64,000 bases of DNA from a virus, in the IMG/VR virus record IMGVR_UViG_3300027674_000001, positions 1 through 64,000 of that record; one strand, given 5' to 3'. Numbering within the stretch: position 1 is the first letter of the stretch; every line of letters begins with the position of its first letter. The position numbers and the translations under genes were made by a program. This document shows positions 52,741-61,086 of the stretch, piece by piece. Under the pieces are notes generated by a model. The model did no database searches. It saw nothing but the letters and a program-made list of their open reading frames with translations, and had not been told where the DNA came from.

Positions 52741-55548
52741 ATGTCAATACCACGTAGAATCGTCCTCGCTCTTCCTCTCGCCCTAGCCCTGTTCGCCGGT
52801 ATCCCCGCTTCCTCTCTCTGGGGCCAGATTTGCCCTCAACCCATTACTCTCCGCGCCGGTACATGTCTCGCTGGTACCACCTCATGCTCGACTAAAGGTA
52901 ACACTCTCACCTTCTCCGATATGGACGCGAATCTTATAGATGTCGATGCCCTGTGTAACTCTCTCGTCCCTGCTACTCCCACCACTCGCGGTATCTCCGT
53001 CCAATCAATCACGTACAACGTCAAGGACCCAACTTACGGTGCCCTAGGTGACGGTGTAACCAATGACACCGCTGCAATCCAAGCAGCCATTACCGCTGCG
53101 GGTATAGCAGGAGGCGGTACCGTCTACATCCCCGAGGGCACCTATAAGATATCAACCCTCACATCTACCGCGTTGGGTGTGTACATCATGGGGGCTGGCA
53201 ACAACGCAACCACCCTCACATCCACCGCCACCACCGGAGATATCATCGCATTTGGCAATATCTCCTCAGCCTACACTCCCTGTGGTGGCCTTCGTAACGT
53301 CGCGATTAAGTCCAGTGTCACCCGTACATCTGGCGCCGCTCTCACCATCGACGGTTGCCAGAATGGGTGGTTTGAAGGGTTATTCATCGCTCCCACCCAC
53401 GGTGACGGTATCCATATCGCCCCTACCAACCATCTCGCCGCCAACCTCTTCATCCGAGATAGTATAATCAATCTCACGGGCAACGGGTTCGTAGGTATCC
53501 TAATCCAAGGCGGTAATGATAGATTCATTCGCTCCCTATCGATCGATGGGGGGCTCGGTACTGGTGGCGCTGCCATCGAAATCCAGAACTCTGGCGGTGA
53601 TTGGGTCACTGACACCGAAACCGCGCGATTCGACTATGGGGTGTGGATCAACCCTGGTACAGGACAATCCGTCACTTGGGGCAACATGTATAACGTTCTC
53701 GCCGACACCAACAATATCAACGGGATTAGGATCGCGGCGACGGGCTCCGGGTCTATCTCTGCCGAAACGTTTACATCCGTCTGGACGAGTACGAATGGAC
53801 CCGGAGTGGCGACAGGGCGAGGCATCTACATAGGTGGCGGTGCAGCCGGTCTAACCTTCATCGCTCCCCGAGTCATCAACAATGGCGGCCACGGTATCGA
53901 GATTGCCGGGAGTACTGGAATAACCATCTCGGGCGCACGAGTATCGAGCAACGGGCAAGCCGCGAGTAATACGTACGACGCTATCAACGTCAATTCCTCC
54001 GTTGGGTTCTTTAGAATCCAAAACAGCGATCTACCGGGCGCGGGCGCATCATTCTCCGCTGGCCAACGCTACGGAGTAAATATCGCTGCCGGCTCCGATA
54101 ACTACATGGTAACGGGTAACGATTTAACCGGGAACATGTCTGGGGGGGTGTTCAATGCCCCTGGCCTCGCTGCCACCCGTAAGGTATGCGGTAATTTACC
54201 GTTTGACGCTACGTGTGTGGATCTCCCCCCATCCGCCAGCGTCACCGATGCCATGCTGGTCAGTGGGTATTCCGGGGTAGGCGCGTGCGGGAGCCATACA
54301 TGGGCTAGCACCCTCAATCGTAACGCTATCCAAACCTGTACCCAACCTAACTACACTGATCTAACGGGGGTATTACCCAACCCTAGCGCATCCACCCTCG
54401 GCGGTATCGAGTCCCTAGCCGCTGTCGCGAGTAAATGGATTAACACTATTTCTACCAGTGGCGTACCGAGTGCAACCCAACCAGCGTTTACCGATATCTC
54501 CGGTACAGTGGGCGCGGGCCAACTACCCAACCCTTCAGCATCTACTCTAGGTGGAGTACAATCCTTGGCATCCTCGGCATCCAAGTGGATTAATCAGATA
54601 TCCACGAGCGGTGTACCGAGTGCTACTCAGCCCGCTTTCACCGATATATCTGGTGTAGCAACTGGGGCACAGCTACCTAACCCATCGGCTACTACACTAG
54701 GCGGTGTTGAGTCCTTGGCTACCGTAGCCTCGAAATGGATTAACACCATCTCCACCTCCGGTGTACCAAGTGCAACTCAACCAGCATTCACGGACATTAG
54801 CGGTGCCGCGTCCACCGCTCAAATCCCTTCGGTGGTATTCGCATCCGGCACCGACACTGTAACCAATACTTCCACCCAAGTCCACATCACCAATACCGAT
54901 GCGTCGGCTAACCCGCCATTCTTCTACTGTACCCACAATCGTAGTGCGGGGCCTCTCTTGGGTGGCGACGGGGTATGTGGATTATATGGGGATTTTCTAA
55001 ACAGTGCCTCCGCTACTAAGGAAGCGTTCTACATCCACGGTAACGTTGTCAGCCCTACATCTGGCTCTGAGACGGCACAGGTGCTATTCGATGTCATGGG
55101 CGGGGGTGGTACGGTTGGATCGGTAGCGTCTATGCTCACGTTGGCGGGCGGCGCATCACCAATAAATACTCTAACGGGCCACCTAGTCTCTGGTGCAGTT
55201 AGCACTAATCCCACCGTGGCATGCACTGGCACCGGCACATCCCCACCCGCTCCATCTATCGCCGGTACCGATACAGCGTTTATTATCACGATGAACACTG
55301 GTACCGCGCCGAGTAGTTCCGGCACATGCACTACTACATTCGCGCACGCCTACGTAACCAATGCCCCCGTTATGGCGTGTATGCTGGTGTCGGGTGCGAG
55401 CGCTTGGGGGAATACGGCATCGTTGGAATTAACCACCGAGAGCGTATCCGCGCCGGTGTTGACATGGACTAATGCTGTAGCGGGGGTACTCGGGATACTT
55501 ACAGGATCGTCAAGTTACAAGATGAGTTGTATTATCGTGGGTCGATAA
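52741..55548 (+). CDS. Tailspike/depolymerase-like protein with a pectate-lyase-3-type beta-helix
   Basis: YNVKDPTYGALGDGVTNDTAAIQAAI...GGGTVYIPEGTYKIS is the Pectate_lyase_3 N-terminal signature. 935 aa, last gene of the plus-strand structural block. Confidence 0.8.
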   Translation: MSIPRRIVLALPLALALFAGIPASSLWGQICPQPITLRAGTCLAGTTSCSTKGNTLTFSDMDANLIDVDALCNSLVPATPTTRGISVQSITYNVKDPTYGALGDGVTNDTAAIQAAITAAGIAGGGTVYIPEGTYKISTLTSTALGVYIMGAGNNATTLTSTATTGDIIAFGNISSAYTPCGGLRNVAIKSSVTRTSGAALTIDGCQNGWFEGLFIAPTHGDGIHIAPTNHLAANLFIRDSIINLTGNGFVGILIQGGNDRFIRSLSIDGGLGTGGAAIEIQNSGGDWVTDTETARFDYGVWINPGTGQSVTWGNMYNVLADTNNINGIRIAATGSGSISAETFTSVWTSTNGPGVATGRGIYIGGGAAGLTFIAPRVINNGGHGIEIAGSTGITISGARVSSNGQAASNTYDAINVNSSVGFFRIQNSDLPGAGASFSAGQRYGVNIAAGSDNYMVTGNDLTGNMSGGVFNAPGLAATRKVCGNLPFDATCVDLPPSASVTDAMLVSGYSGVGACGSHTWASTLNRNAIQTCTQPNYTDLTGVLPNPSASTLGGIESLAAVASKWINTISTSGVPSATQPAFTDISGTVGAGQLPNPSASTLGGVQSLASSASKWINQISTSGVPSATQPAFTDISGVATGAQLPNPSATTLGGVESLATVASKWINTISTSGVPSATQPAFTDISGAASTAQIPSVVFASGTDTVTNTSTQVHITNTDASANPPFFYCTHNRSAGPLLGGDGVCGLYGDFLNSASATKEAFYIHGNVVSPTSGSETAQVLFDVMGGGGTVGSVASMLTLAGGASPINTLTGHLVSGAVSTNPTVACTGTGTSPPAPSIAGTDTAFIITMNTGTAPSSSGTCTTTFAHAYVTNAPVMACMLVSGASAWGNTASLELTTESVSAPVLTWTNAVAGVLGILTGSSSYKMSCIIVGR
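54373..54822 (+). repeat. Three tandem 150-bp (50-aa) repeats inside the tailspike gene
   Basis: LPNPSA(S/T)TLGG(I/V)(E/Q)SLA..ASKWIN.ISTSGVPSATQPAFTDISG units start at 54373, 54523 and 54673. Confidence 0.9.
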
Positions 55549-55727
55549 GTTATTTCAACCAGAGGGAAGATGCCGCTTCTTGAAAGCGTTCCATCGCTCT
55601 CTCGCGGCAGCCCACTCTAGGCATAGGGGGCAATTGGCCCCATGTGTGCCCTTCTCGTCCCAGTGCATATGCCCGCGCCCTGCCTGCATTGCCGTCTCTG
55701 CGGCGGCAACTATCATCTCGGTTATCG

Positions 55728-55928
55728 TCACTGTGTCTCCCTCCCAACCATTCGCCGTGTCACCCTAGCCGCCTTCTCCCGGAGACTCGTTACCGCTTTA
55801 TCCCGTGACGCCCTACCAGCGGTATAGCAAGCCAACCCATACGCGAGTATGAGGGTACCGAAGTAGACTAACTCGGCAGAGTGGAGTATGGTGATGATTG
55901 AGCCCATGGGAATTATCCTCCTAGTCAT
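55728..55928 (-). CDS. Small membrane protein (about 60-66 aa), first gene of the leftward transcript
   Basis: Hydrophobic LVYFGTLILAYGLACY segment. The minus-strand ATG at 55928 lies 6 nt after the P7 -10 element (leaderless option). The alternative ATG at 55907 is preceded by AGGAGG. Confidence 0.5.
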   Translation of the reverse strand: MTRRIIPMGSIITILHSAELVYFGTLILAYGLACYTAGRASRDKAVTSLREKAARVTRRMVGRETQ

Positions 55929-55933
55929 GTCTG

Positions 55934-55963
55934 ACACTACCTCACGGGGAGAGTCCCTGTCAA
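55934..55963 (-). promoter_or_regulatory. Sigma70-type promoter P7 (conserved family, leftward)
   Basis: On the minus strand: TTGACA (complement of 55958-55963), 18 nt, TAGTGT (complement of 55934-55939). Arms GAGTCC 55951-55956 / GGACTC 55964-55969. Confidence 0.55.
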
Positions 55964-56000
55964 GGACTCCCATTCGTCCACTACACCACTGCGGCCGCCG

Positions 56001-56020
56001 CTTGTGAAACTTGTCACAAG
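56001..56020. promoter_or_regulatory. Candidate operator palindrome between the divergent promoters
   Basis: CTTGTGA-aacttg-TCACAAG, perfect 7-bp inverted arms, located between P7 and P8. Confidence 0.4.
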
Positions 56021-56060
56021 CTGGTCAGCACCGGGGCACGTGGGCGCGTCTTGGGGGGCC

Positions 56061-56089
56061 TAGACAGGGACCCCCTTCTGTGGTACGCT
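56061..56089 (+). promoter_or_regulatory. Sigma70-type promoter P8 (conserved family, -35 variant TAGACA)
   Basis: TAGACA 56061-56066, 17 nt, TGG-TACGCT with the -10 at 56084-56089. Confidence 0.55.
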
Positions 56090-56095
56090 CCTCCT

Positions 56096-56530
56096 ATGCC
56101 CCGCTCCAGCGCTGCCGCGACCCTCGCTCTCGAGCCCGAGCCCGATATTCTCTCCCTCTCTCTCGCGCGCGTACCACCCATCGCCTTAGCCGCTGCTACA
56201 CCCGTGGCGGCTGCTGGAGCGGGCCATGACTCCCCTCTCTTGCTCATCGCCGAGCTAGACCATGTAATCGCGGAGATGACGTACCATGGGCTGTCCCGGG
56301 CCACGGGGTTGAGTCGGAGCCATATCACCGGGATACTCAAGGGCCGGCGGAATTGCACCGTGGCCTATGCGGAGAGGTTGGCGGTAGGACTCGGGGTGAG
56401 TACGGCTGAGCTATTGGCATACTCGGGGGCTAAGAGGGTAGGCTACCTGGCTACCTTGAACGGTGGCAGGGCTGGCGGTAAGAAGGCTGGTAAGGCTCCC
56501 GGTAAGTCCCGTCGTAAACGGGCCAGATAG
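56096..56530 (+). CDS. XRE-like helix-turn-helix regulator, probably leaderless
   Basis: LSRATGLSRSHITGILKGRRNCTVAYAERLAVGLGVSTAELL is HTH_XRE-like. ATG 56096 lies 7 nt after the -10 element. Basic C-terminal tail. Confidence 0.6.
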   Translation: MPRSSAAATLALEPEPDILSLSLARVPPIALAAATPVAAAGAGHDSPLLLIAELDHVIAEMTYHGLSRATGLSRSHITGILKGRRNCTVAYAERLAVGLGVSTAELLAYSGAKRVGYLATLNGGRAGGKKAGKAPGKSRRKRAR

Positions 56531-56616
56531 CCCCTAGATAACTTTCTCGCCGTAACCAAAGTCTCAATGATGCCATACACTTACGAGGAATTGAGCGATT
56601 TGGGGGTTGAGGGTCC

Positions 56617-56646
56617 TTGACAGGGACCCTGGACGGGGGGTACTCT
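56617..56646 (+). promoter_or_regulatory. Sigma70-type promoter P9 (conserved family)
   Basis: TTGACA 56617-56622, 18 nt, TACTCT 56641-56646. 7-bp arms AGGGTCC 56610-56616 / GGACCCT 56624-56630. Confidence 0.6.
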
Positions 56647-56652
56647 ACACCC

Positions 56653-56850
56653 ATGGTAACCACCTGGAAGGTTCGCACGACGCAGCACACCCGGACGCTC
56701 ACCAACGGCACCAAGTACGTACATGCATACTACACCCCTATGTGGGTAACCGAGGGCGGTGTCTGGAACGTGTACCCCGACGTGTTCTCAGATCGCTCCC
56801 ATGCCGCTCGGATCGCCAAGCGGCTTAGCTTAGGGCAGGAGATCGCATAG
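56653..56850 (+). CDS. Hypothetical small protein, probably leaderless
   Basis: ATG 56653 lies 7 nt after the P9 -10 element. 65 aa. Confidence 0.5.
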   Translation: MVTTWKVRTTQHTRTLTNGTKYVHAYYTPMWVTEGGVWNVYPDVFSDRSHAARIAKRLSLGQEIA

Positions 56851-56892
56851 ACAGGGGCGCCGGCACATAAGCCAGCCCAAGGAGAAGATGAG

Positions 56893-57132
56893 ATGACAAC
56901 CGCACACACCTCCACCATCTACCCGTTCACGTCTGTTACCCGCCAGTGGGAAGACTGGGGGATCAAGGTCCGCAAGATCGGGGCTAAGTCGTGGTCATTC
57001 GTGACTCCGCGTGGTGGCACCATCCGCCTAAAGATCCATGCGGCCCGCTTCACCAGTAACGCTGTTGCCGCTACTATCGTACAGATGACGAAGGACAACC
57101 CGGGATACGAGTTCAAGAAAGCTATCCTGTAG
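56893..57132 (+). CDS. Hypothetical protein
   Basis: 79-aa ORF with RBS AAGGAGAAG. Confidence 0.5.
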   Translation: MTTAHTSTIYPFTSVTRQWEDWGIKVRKIGAKSWSFVTPRGGTIRLKIHAARFTSNAVAATIVQMTKDNPGYEFKKAIL

Positions 57133-57182
57133 AGCACTCGTCTCACCACCCTCTCACGGTCGTACATACAAGGAGAGACACC

Positions 57183-57377
57183 ATGCAAGACTATACGATT
57201 TACATCATCCCGGTAAAGACAGGTGTTCGTGCGCGCTGTGGTGGCCCCTACAAGGCAGAGACAGCGGAGGGCGCGCTAGATGCGTACTTCGCTGATTTCC
57301 CCGATGAGGCCCCATCCGCGGAGGGGAACGAGTATGACGAGAACGAGTACGATGCTGCGCCCGAGGTGCACTCATGA
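57183..57377 (+). CDS. Hypothetical acidic protein
   Basis: 64-aa ORF with RBS AAGGAGAG. Confidence 0.5.
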   Translation: MQDYTIYIIPVKTGVRARCGGPYKAETAEGALDAYFADFPDEAPSAEGNEYDENEYDAAPEVHS

Positions 57378-58924
57378 GCCCTGTCATCGGACTCCCGCTC
57401 CCGCCCAAGGTAACCCTCTCTCGCTACCAAGAGGCCATCATCGCCCGGGTGAGGGAGTCATCCACGCGAGTTATCCGCCTTGTGGTGAACGCAGTCGCAG
57501 GCAGCGGTAAGACCCACACTCTCAAAGCCATCTGCCGCGAGATCCCCTCATCCGCGAATAGCCTCTTCCTCGCGTTTAACAAGCATATAGCCGAAACCCT
57601 CAAGTCAACCCTCCCTCGCCACGTAGAGGTGAAAACCTGCCATGCGTTCGGGTTGGCCGCTGTCTCCGCGCACTTGGGCCGGGTGCAAGTCAACTCGGGC
57701 AAGTACAGTCAACTCATCTACGCTAAGACGAAGGAGATCGCAGAGGGCAAGTTCACTGCGGATAGCTGGACTATGGGAGAGATGAGCTTTCAAACCATTC
57801 GATCCACCCTCATGTCCCTACATCGTCTCGGTACCGCAAATCTGATCGATTTCTCTTCCACTGATGCACTCGACGCTCTATGCGCCCAATACGGTATCCA
57901 GTTGAACGGGAACCGGGCTACCATCTACGCGGCCATTCAAGCGGTGGTAGCGGATGGGTTGCGGCAAGCCCAAACGCAGAAGGTAGTAGACTTCTCGGAT
58001 ATGTTGTGGCTCCCGCATGTCCTCGATATCCGACTCCCCGCGCGGGATTGGATACTCATCGACGAATTACAAGACTTGTCAAGAGCACAACGTAGCCTTG
58101 CTATGCGAGCCACGGACGATCACACTAACATCGTAGGCGTGGGGGATCGCCGGCAATCGATCCAAGGTTTCGCGGGGGCAGATTGCGACAGCGTAGACAA
58201 CTTCGTGGCTTGCACGGACGCGGAGGAATTGCCCCTCTCGATCTGCTACCGTTGCCCCGAGTCACATATCGCCCTCGCTCAAGAGATCGTCCCTGAGATC
58301 GAAGCCCGGGAGGATGCACCAGAAGGCGTGATTCAACACTTGCCTTACAGTGCCGTGTCCACCCATGTGCGCGTGGGCGACATGCTCATCTGTCGTACTA
58401 CCGCCCCCCTCATCAAACTCTGCATCCACCTCATCGGCCGCCGTATGCCCGCGAAGGTTCGCGGCCGGGACATCGCCAATCAACTTACCGACATCGTAGC
58501 GGACGTGGCGAAGGTAGCGGGGTTTGAGTACCGAGGATTCCAAGGCACCCTGTCGGACTACCTCTCACGCAAGGTGGCGAAGTTAGAGGGCAAGCACGAC
58601 AGCGAGCAAGCTATTGAGGCGCTTACCGACAAGTGCGATGGGGTGAGGGCGTGTTACGAGTCATTCACGGACGCGCGGACGGTGGATGAGTTGAGTAGGG
58701 CAATCGAGAACCTGTTTAGCGACCAGGACTCCGCGATAGTCCTCTCCACGGTACATCGGGCGAAGGGACTGGAAGCAGATCGGGTATTCATCCTGTGCCC
58801 CGAAAAGTTACCCCTAGTGTGGAAGGGACAGAGGCCAGAGCAACTAGCCCAAGAACTCAACTTGAAATATGTGAGTCTAACGAGGTCTAAGGAAACCCTA
58901 GTATTCGTGGAAAGTGAGAGGTGA
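57374..58924 (+). CDS. UvrD/PcrA-like superfamily-1 DNA helicase
   Basis: Walker A AVAGSGKTHTL, motif II ILIDELQD, motif III-like GDRRQSI and the C-terminal STVHRAKGLEADRVFI motif. Confidence 0.85.
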   Translation: MSPVIGLPLPPKVTLSRYQEAIIARVRESSTRVIRLVVNAVAGSGKTHTLKAICREIPSSANSLFLAFNKHIAETLKSTLPRHVEVKTCHAFGLAAVSAHLGRVQVNSGKYSQLIYAKTKEIAEGKFTADSWTMGEMSFQTIRSTLMSLHRLGTANLIDFSSTDALDALCAQYGIQLNGNRATIYAAIQAVVADGLRQAQTQKVVDFSDMLWLPHVLDIRLPARDWILIDELQDLSRAQRSLAMRATDDHTNIVGVGDRRQSIQGFAGADCDSVDNFVACTDAEELPLSICYRCPESHIALAQEIVPEIEAREDAPEGVIQHLPYSAVSTHVRVGDMLICRTTAPLIKLCIHLIGRRMPAKVRGRDIANQLTDIVADVAKVAGFEYRGFQGTLSDYLSRKVAKLEGKHDSEQAIEALTDKCDGVRACYESFTDARTVDELSRAIENLFSDQDSAIVLSTVHRAKGLEADRVFILCPEKLPLVWKGQRPEQLAQELNLKYVSLTRSKETLVFVESER

Positions 58925-58928
58925 CTAA

Positions 58929-59216
58929 GTGATTACGATTACGTTCCCCGTTCCACCCGGTAAGCGAGTGTCCATCATCAACTCAACCCAAGCGTGTGTA
59001 GAGTTGACTGAGCGAGCGGATGATATCTTGGTGGAGATCACTAATTCCCCTGGTCCCGTTGACATGGCTGTCCATACCGAGCCGCTAGCGAGTAACATGA
59101 CCATGGGCCAAGCTGGCGATGACAAGGGTATTTCTCTACTGAAACATGCCGCTGATATCGAGCGGATGATCCGAGAGGAAGAAGCTGGCCCATTCGCCGA
59201 AGAAAGCGAGAGGTGA
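58929..59216 (+). CDS. Hypothetical protein
   Basis: 95-aa ORF with a GTG start. Confidence 0.45.
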   Translation: MITITFPVPPGKRVSIINSTQACVELTERADDILVEITNSPGPVDMAVHTEPLASNMTMGQAGDDKGISLLKHAADIERMIREEEAGPFAEESER

Positions 59217-59220
59217 GAAC

Positions 59221-59436
59221 GTGAACCAAGCTAACCATACAGCCGCTACCAACGCGATTCGTATCGCTCTCTTGGGGTGGGGTCGCTCCGGCAAGTATGT
59301 GTCCCGCGAAGTATTCCTCTTCCGAGATCGTGCAAGGGGATGGCGCTCGATAGGTCAACCCATCGGTGACAAGATCGCTGAACTCTACGAAGCCGCTGCT
59401 GATGAGCGTGAGGCCGGCCTAGACCCGTGCAGATAG
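59221..59436 (+). CDS. Hypothetical protein
   Basis: 71-aa ORF with a GTG start. Confidence 0.45.
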   Translation: MNQANHTAATNAIRIALLGWGRSGKYVSREVFLFRDRARGWRSIGQPIGDKIAELYEAAADEREAGLDPCR

Positions 59437-59448
59437 GCGTGGTATCCC

Positions 59449-59868
59449 ATGCGCGATCACCTAGACACTCACGTAGCCGCACGGTTCCTATCCCGGTTCG
59501 GGCTCGCTATCGGGCTCAATGAACTACTCTATCTCGAACGGGAGATTACCTCGGGCTCCCATCGGTGTATCGGAGTACAGGAGGCTCGTGAGCCAGGCAA
59601 CGGGAGTCCAGGTCACCGCGAGCGGCACATCTACTCTATGGCTATATCGATACCCGGGCGCACCCCAGTGGCTCTGTACGCAGTCTGGGACCCCGAGAGT
59701 AGGAGAGTGGTGAGCGTATTACCTCCTTCATGGGCCGTGCCCCACGGTAAGCTATGGGGCGATGGGGGTAAGGTACACGACGGTAGGACGAGTAGGAAGG
59801 ACCCACGAGATGACGCGTACCAGAGGGAGCGCAGGCCACGACGGGAACCCATCAGACGGGGAGCGTAA
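59449..59868 (+). CDS. Hypothetical protein with an Arg-rich tail
   Basis: 139-aa ORF. Confidence 0.45.
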   Translation: MRDHLDTHVAARFLSRFGLAIGLNELLYLEREITSGSHRCIGVQEAREPGNGSPGHRERHIYSMAISIPGRTPVALYAVWDPESRRVVSVLPPSWAVPHGKLWGDGGKVHDGRTSRKDPRDDAYQRERRPRREPIRRGA

Positions 59869-59956
59869 TTAAGTGTCTACCCTATATGTAGGACAAATGC
59901 CGACATAGAATGACCCTAAAGTGTAATGATTACATGGTATCGATGAGGATAAGGGC

Positions 59957-59985
59957 TTGACTCGGGGTAGATAGGGAGGTAGTAT
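59957..59985 (+). promoter_or_regulatory. Candidate sigma70-type promoter P10 (not of the hairpin family)
   Basis: TTGACT 59957-59962, 17 nt, TAGTAT 59980-59985, in an AT-rich 150-bp gap. Confidence 0.45.
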
Positions 59986-60021
59986 GACCTTGGATGAAGG
60001 TACTAGAGAGGAGATGAAGAG

Positions 60022-60150
60022 ATGACCGATAAGGAACTGCGCGAATGGGATAGGCTGTCAGACCTCTGGGCCACAGGCAAGGCAACCAAGGCTCAGATGC
60101 TTCGCTGCTTGCAGCTTGACCGCAAGGCTGAGAAGGCGGCACAGTCATGA
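60022..60150 (+). CDS. Small hypothetical protein (42 aa, below the ORF-track cutoff)
   Basis: ATG 60022 follows GAGAGGAGATGAAGAG. The stop TGA 60148-60150 overlaps the next ATG (ATGA). Confidence 0.4.
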   Translation: MTDKELREWDRLSDLWATGKATKAQMLRCLQLDRKAEKAAQS

Positions 60151-60374
60151 CCCTTGCCCAAGCACTGGCCCACCTAGACGACTCCGAATCCCTCTCCCTC
60201 CCCGATCCGTGCGAGGACTGCCACAACAACGGTGGATGGTTCGACCGTGGCGTGTGGGTCGATTGCTCCTGTGTGCGGGAGAAGGCGGAACGGGACGAGC
60301 TAGCCCTACGTGACGCCGTGAAGGCCCACAACCGGAGGCATGGGCGGGATGAGACGTGGGACGGTGTACTGTGA
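60147..60374 (+). CDS. Hypothetical Cys-rich protein
   Basis: 75-aa ORF with CEDCHNNG...CSC. Confidence 0.45.
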   Translation: MTLAQALAHLDDSESLSLPDPCEDCHNNGGWFDRGVWVDCSCVREKAERDELALRDAVKAHNRRHGRDETWDGVL

Positions 60375-60688
60375 CCCGTAACACTATCCAGTTCACTGCA
60401 ACTGATCCTAGCGATGGGGTGGTCTGCTGCCCTATTAGCCCAAGCCATCAACTCAGTGCGGATGCCCAAGTTGGGTGGTACTACTGTTACCAGTGCGGCA
60501 AGAGCTACTATGAAAAGTCTAGGTCCGTCCTCGTGTATGAGGTGACCTACTTCGACTCTATCCGCTCCCGCGCAAGTAAGCACTCGATCATGGTCCAGTC
60601 GTTCGCCAACCGATCCGACGCGGATGCGTTTGCGGACAAACACACCCTCTACGGTCGGCGCGCGAAAGTGGAAGAGGTGAGCAAGTGA
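60371..60688 (+). CDS. Hypothetical protein with a zinc-ribbon-like motif
   Basis: GTG 60371 overlaps the upstream stop (GTGA). CCPIS...CYQCG motif. Confidence 0.45.
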   Translation: MTRNTIQFTATDPSDGVVCCPISPSHQLSADAQVGWYYCYQCGKSYYEKSRSVLVYEVTYFDSIRSRASKHSIMVQSFANRSDADAFADKHTLYGRRAKVEEVSK

Positions 60689-61086
60689 TCGGTTCCACCC
60701 CTGTCACTTGGCGCGTGCCGTCATCCTACACCGCCGCTCAACTGGTGCAGGCCGTCCAAGTGGCCAAGGCCCGTCTCGCGGCCGGGGTGTGCGATCGGTT
60801 CAATACTTCCGATTGGGCATCCGACCCCATGACCGTAACTGAGTACCTTGCTTGGTTCCGCAAGTGCCTCCACGAGAAGGCCAGTAGGGGGCAAGTGCGA
60901 CACGGGCGTAAGCTCTCGGGGATCTACCAGCTTGAACTCTCTCGTGATGCCCAGAGGCTACGTGGACTCGGCAGCGGTAACCGTCTCGTAACCCCAGAGG
61001 TGCGGGCGCGAGTAGGGGATCATATCCACAGACACGTTGATGGCGCTGTGACCGTATGCCAGTGTCCAGAGAGCAAGTGCGTATGA
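60685..61086 (+). CDS. Hypothetical protein
   Basis: 133-aa ORF with a GTGA overlap. Confidence 0.45.
   Translation: MIGSTPVTWRVPSSYTAAQLVQAVQVAKARLAAGVCDRFNTSDWASDPMTVTEYLAWFRKCLHEKASRGQVRHGRKLSGIYQLELSRDAQRLRGLGSGNRLVTPEVRARVGDHIHRHVDGAVTVCQCPESKCV

Noticed and set aside
55550-55747. 65-aa minus-strand ORF after the small membrane protein gene
   Set aside because: It is Arg/Gly/Asp-rich and low in complexity with no RBS. The region is more plausibly the non-coding convergent-transcription zone between the tailspike gene and the leftward operon. I could not identify a convincing terminator there either.
59930-60643. 237-aa minus-strand ORF, the longest minus-strand ORF in the right-hand region
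   Set aside because: It overlaps four tightly coupled plus-strand ORFs that have RBSs and ATGA/GTGA junctions. The sequence is Ser/Arg/Pro-rich with no motif.
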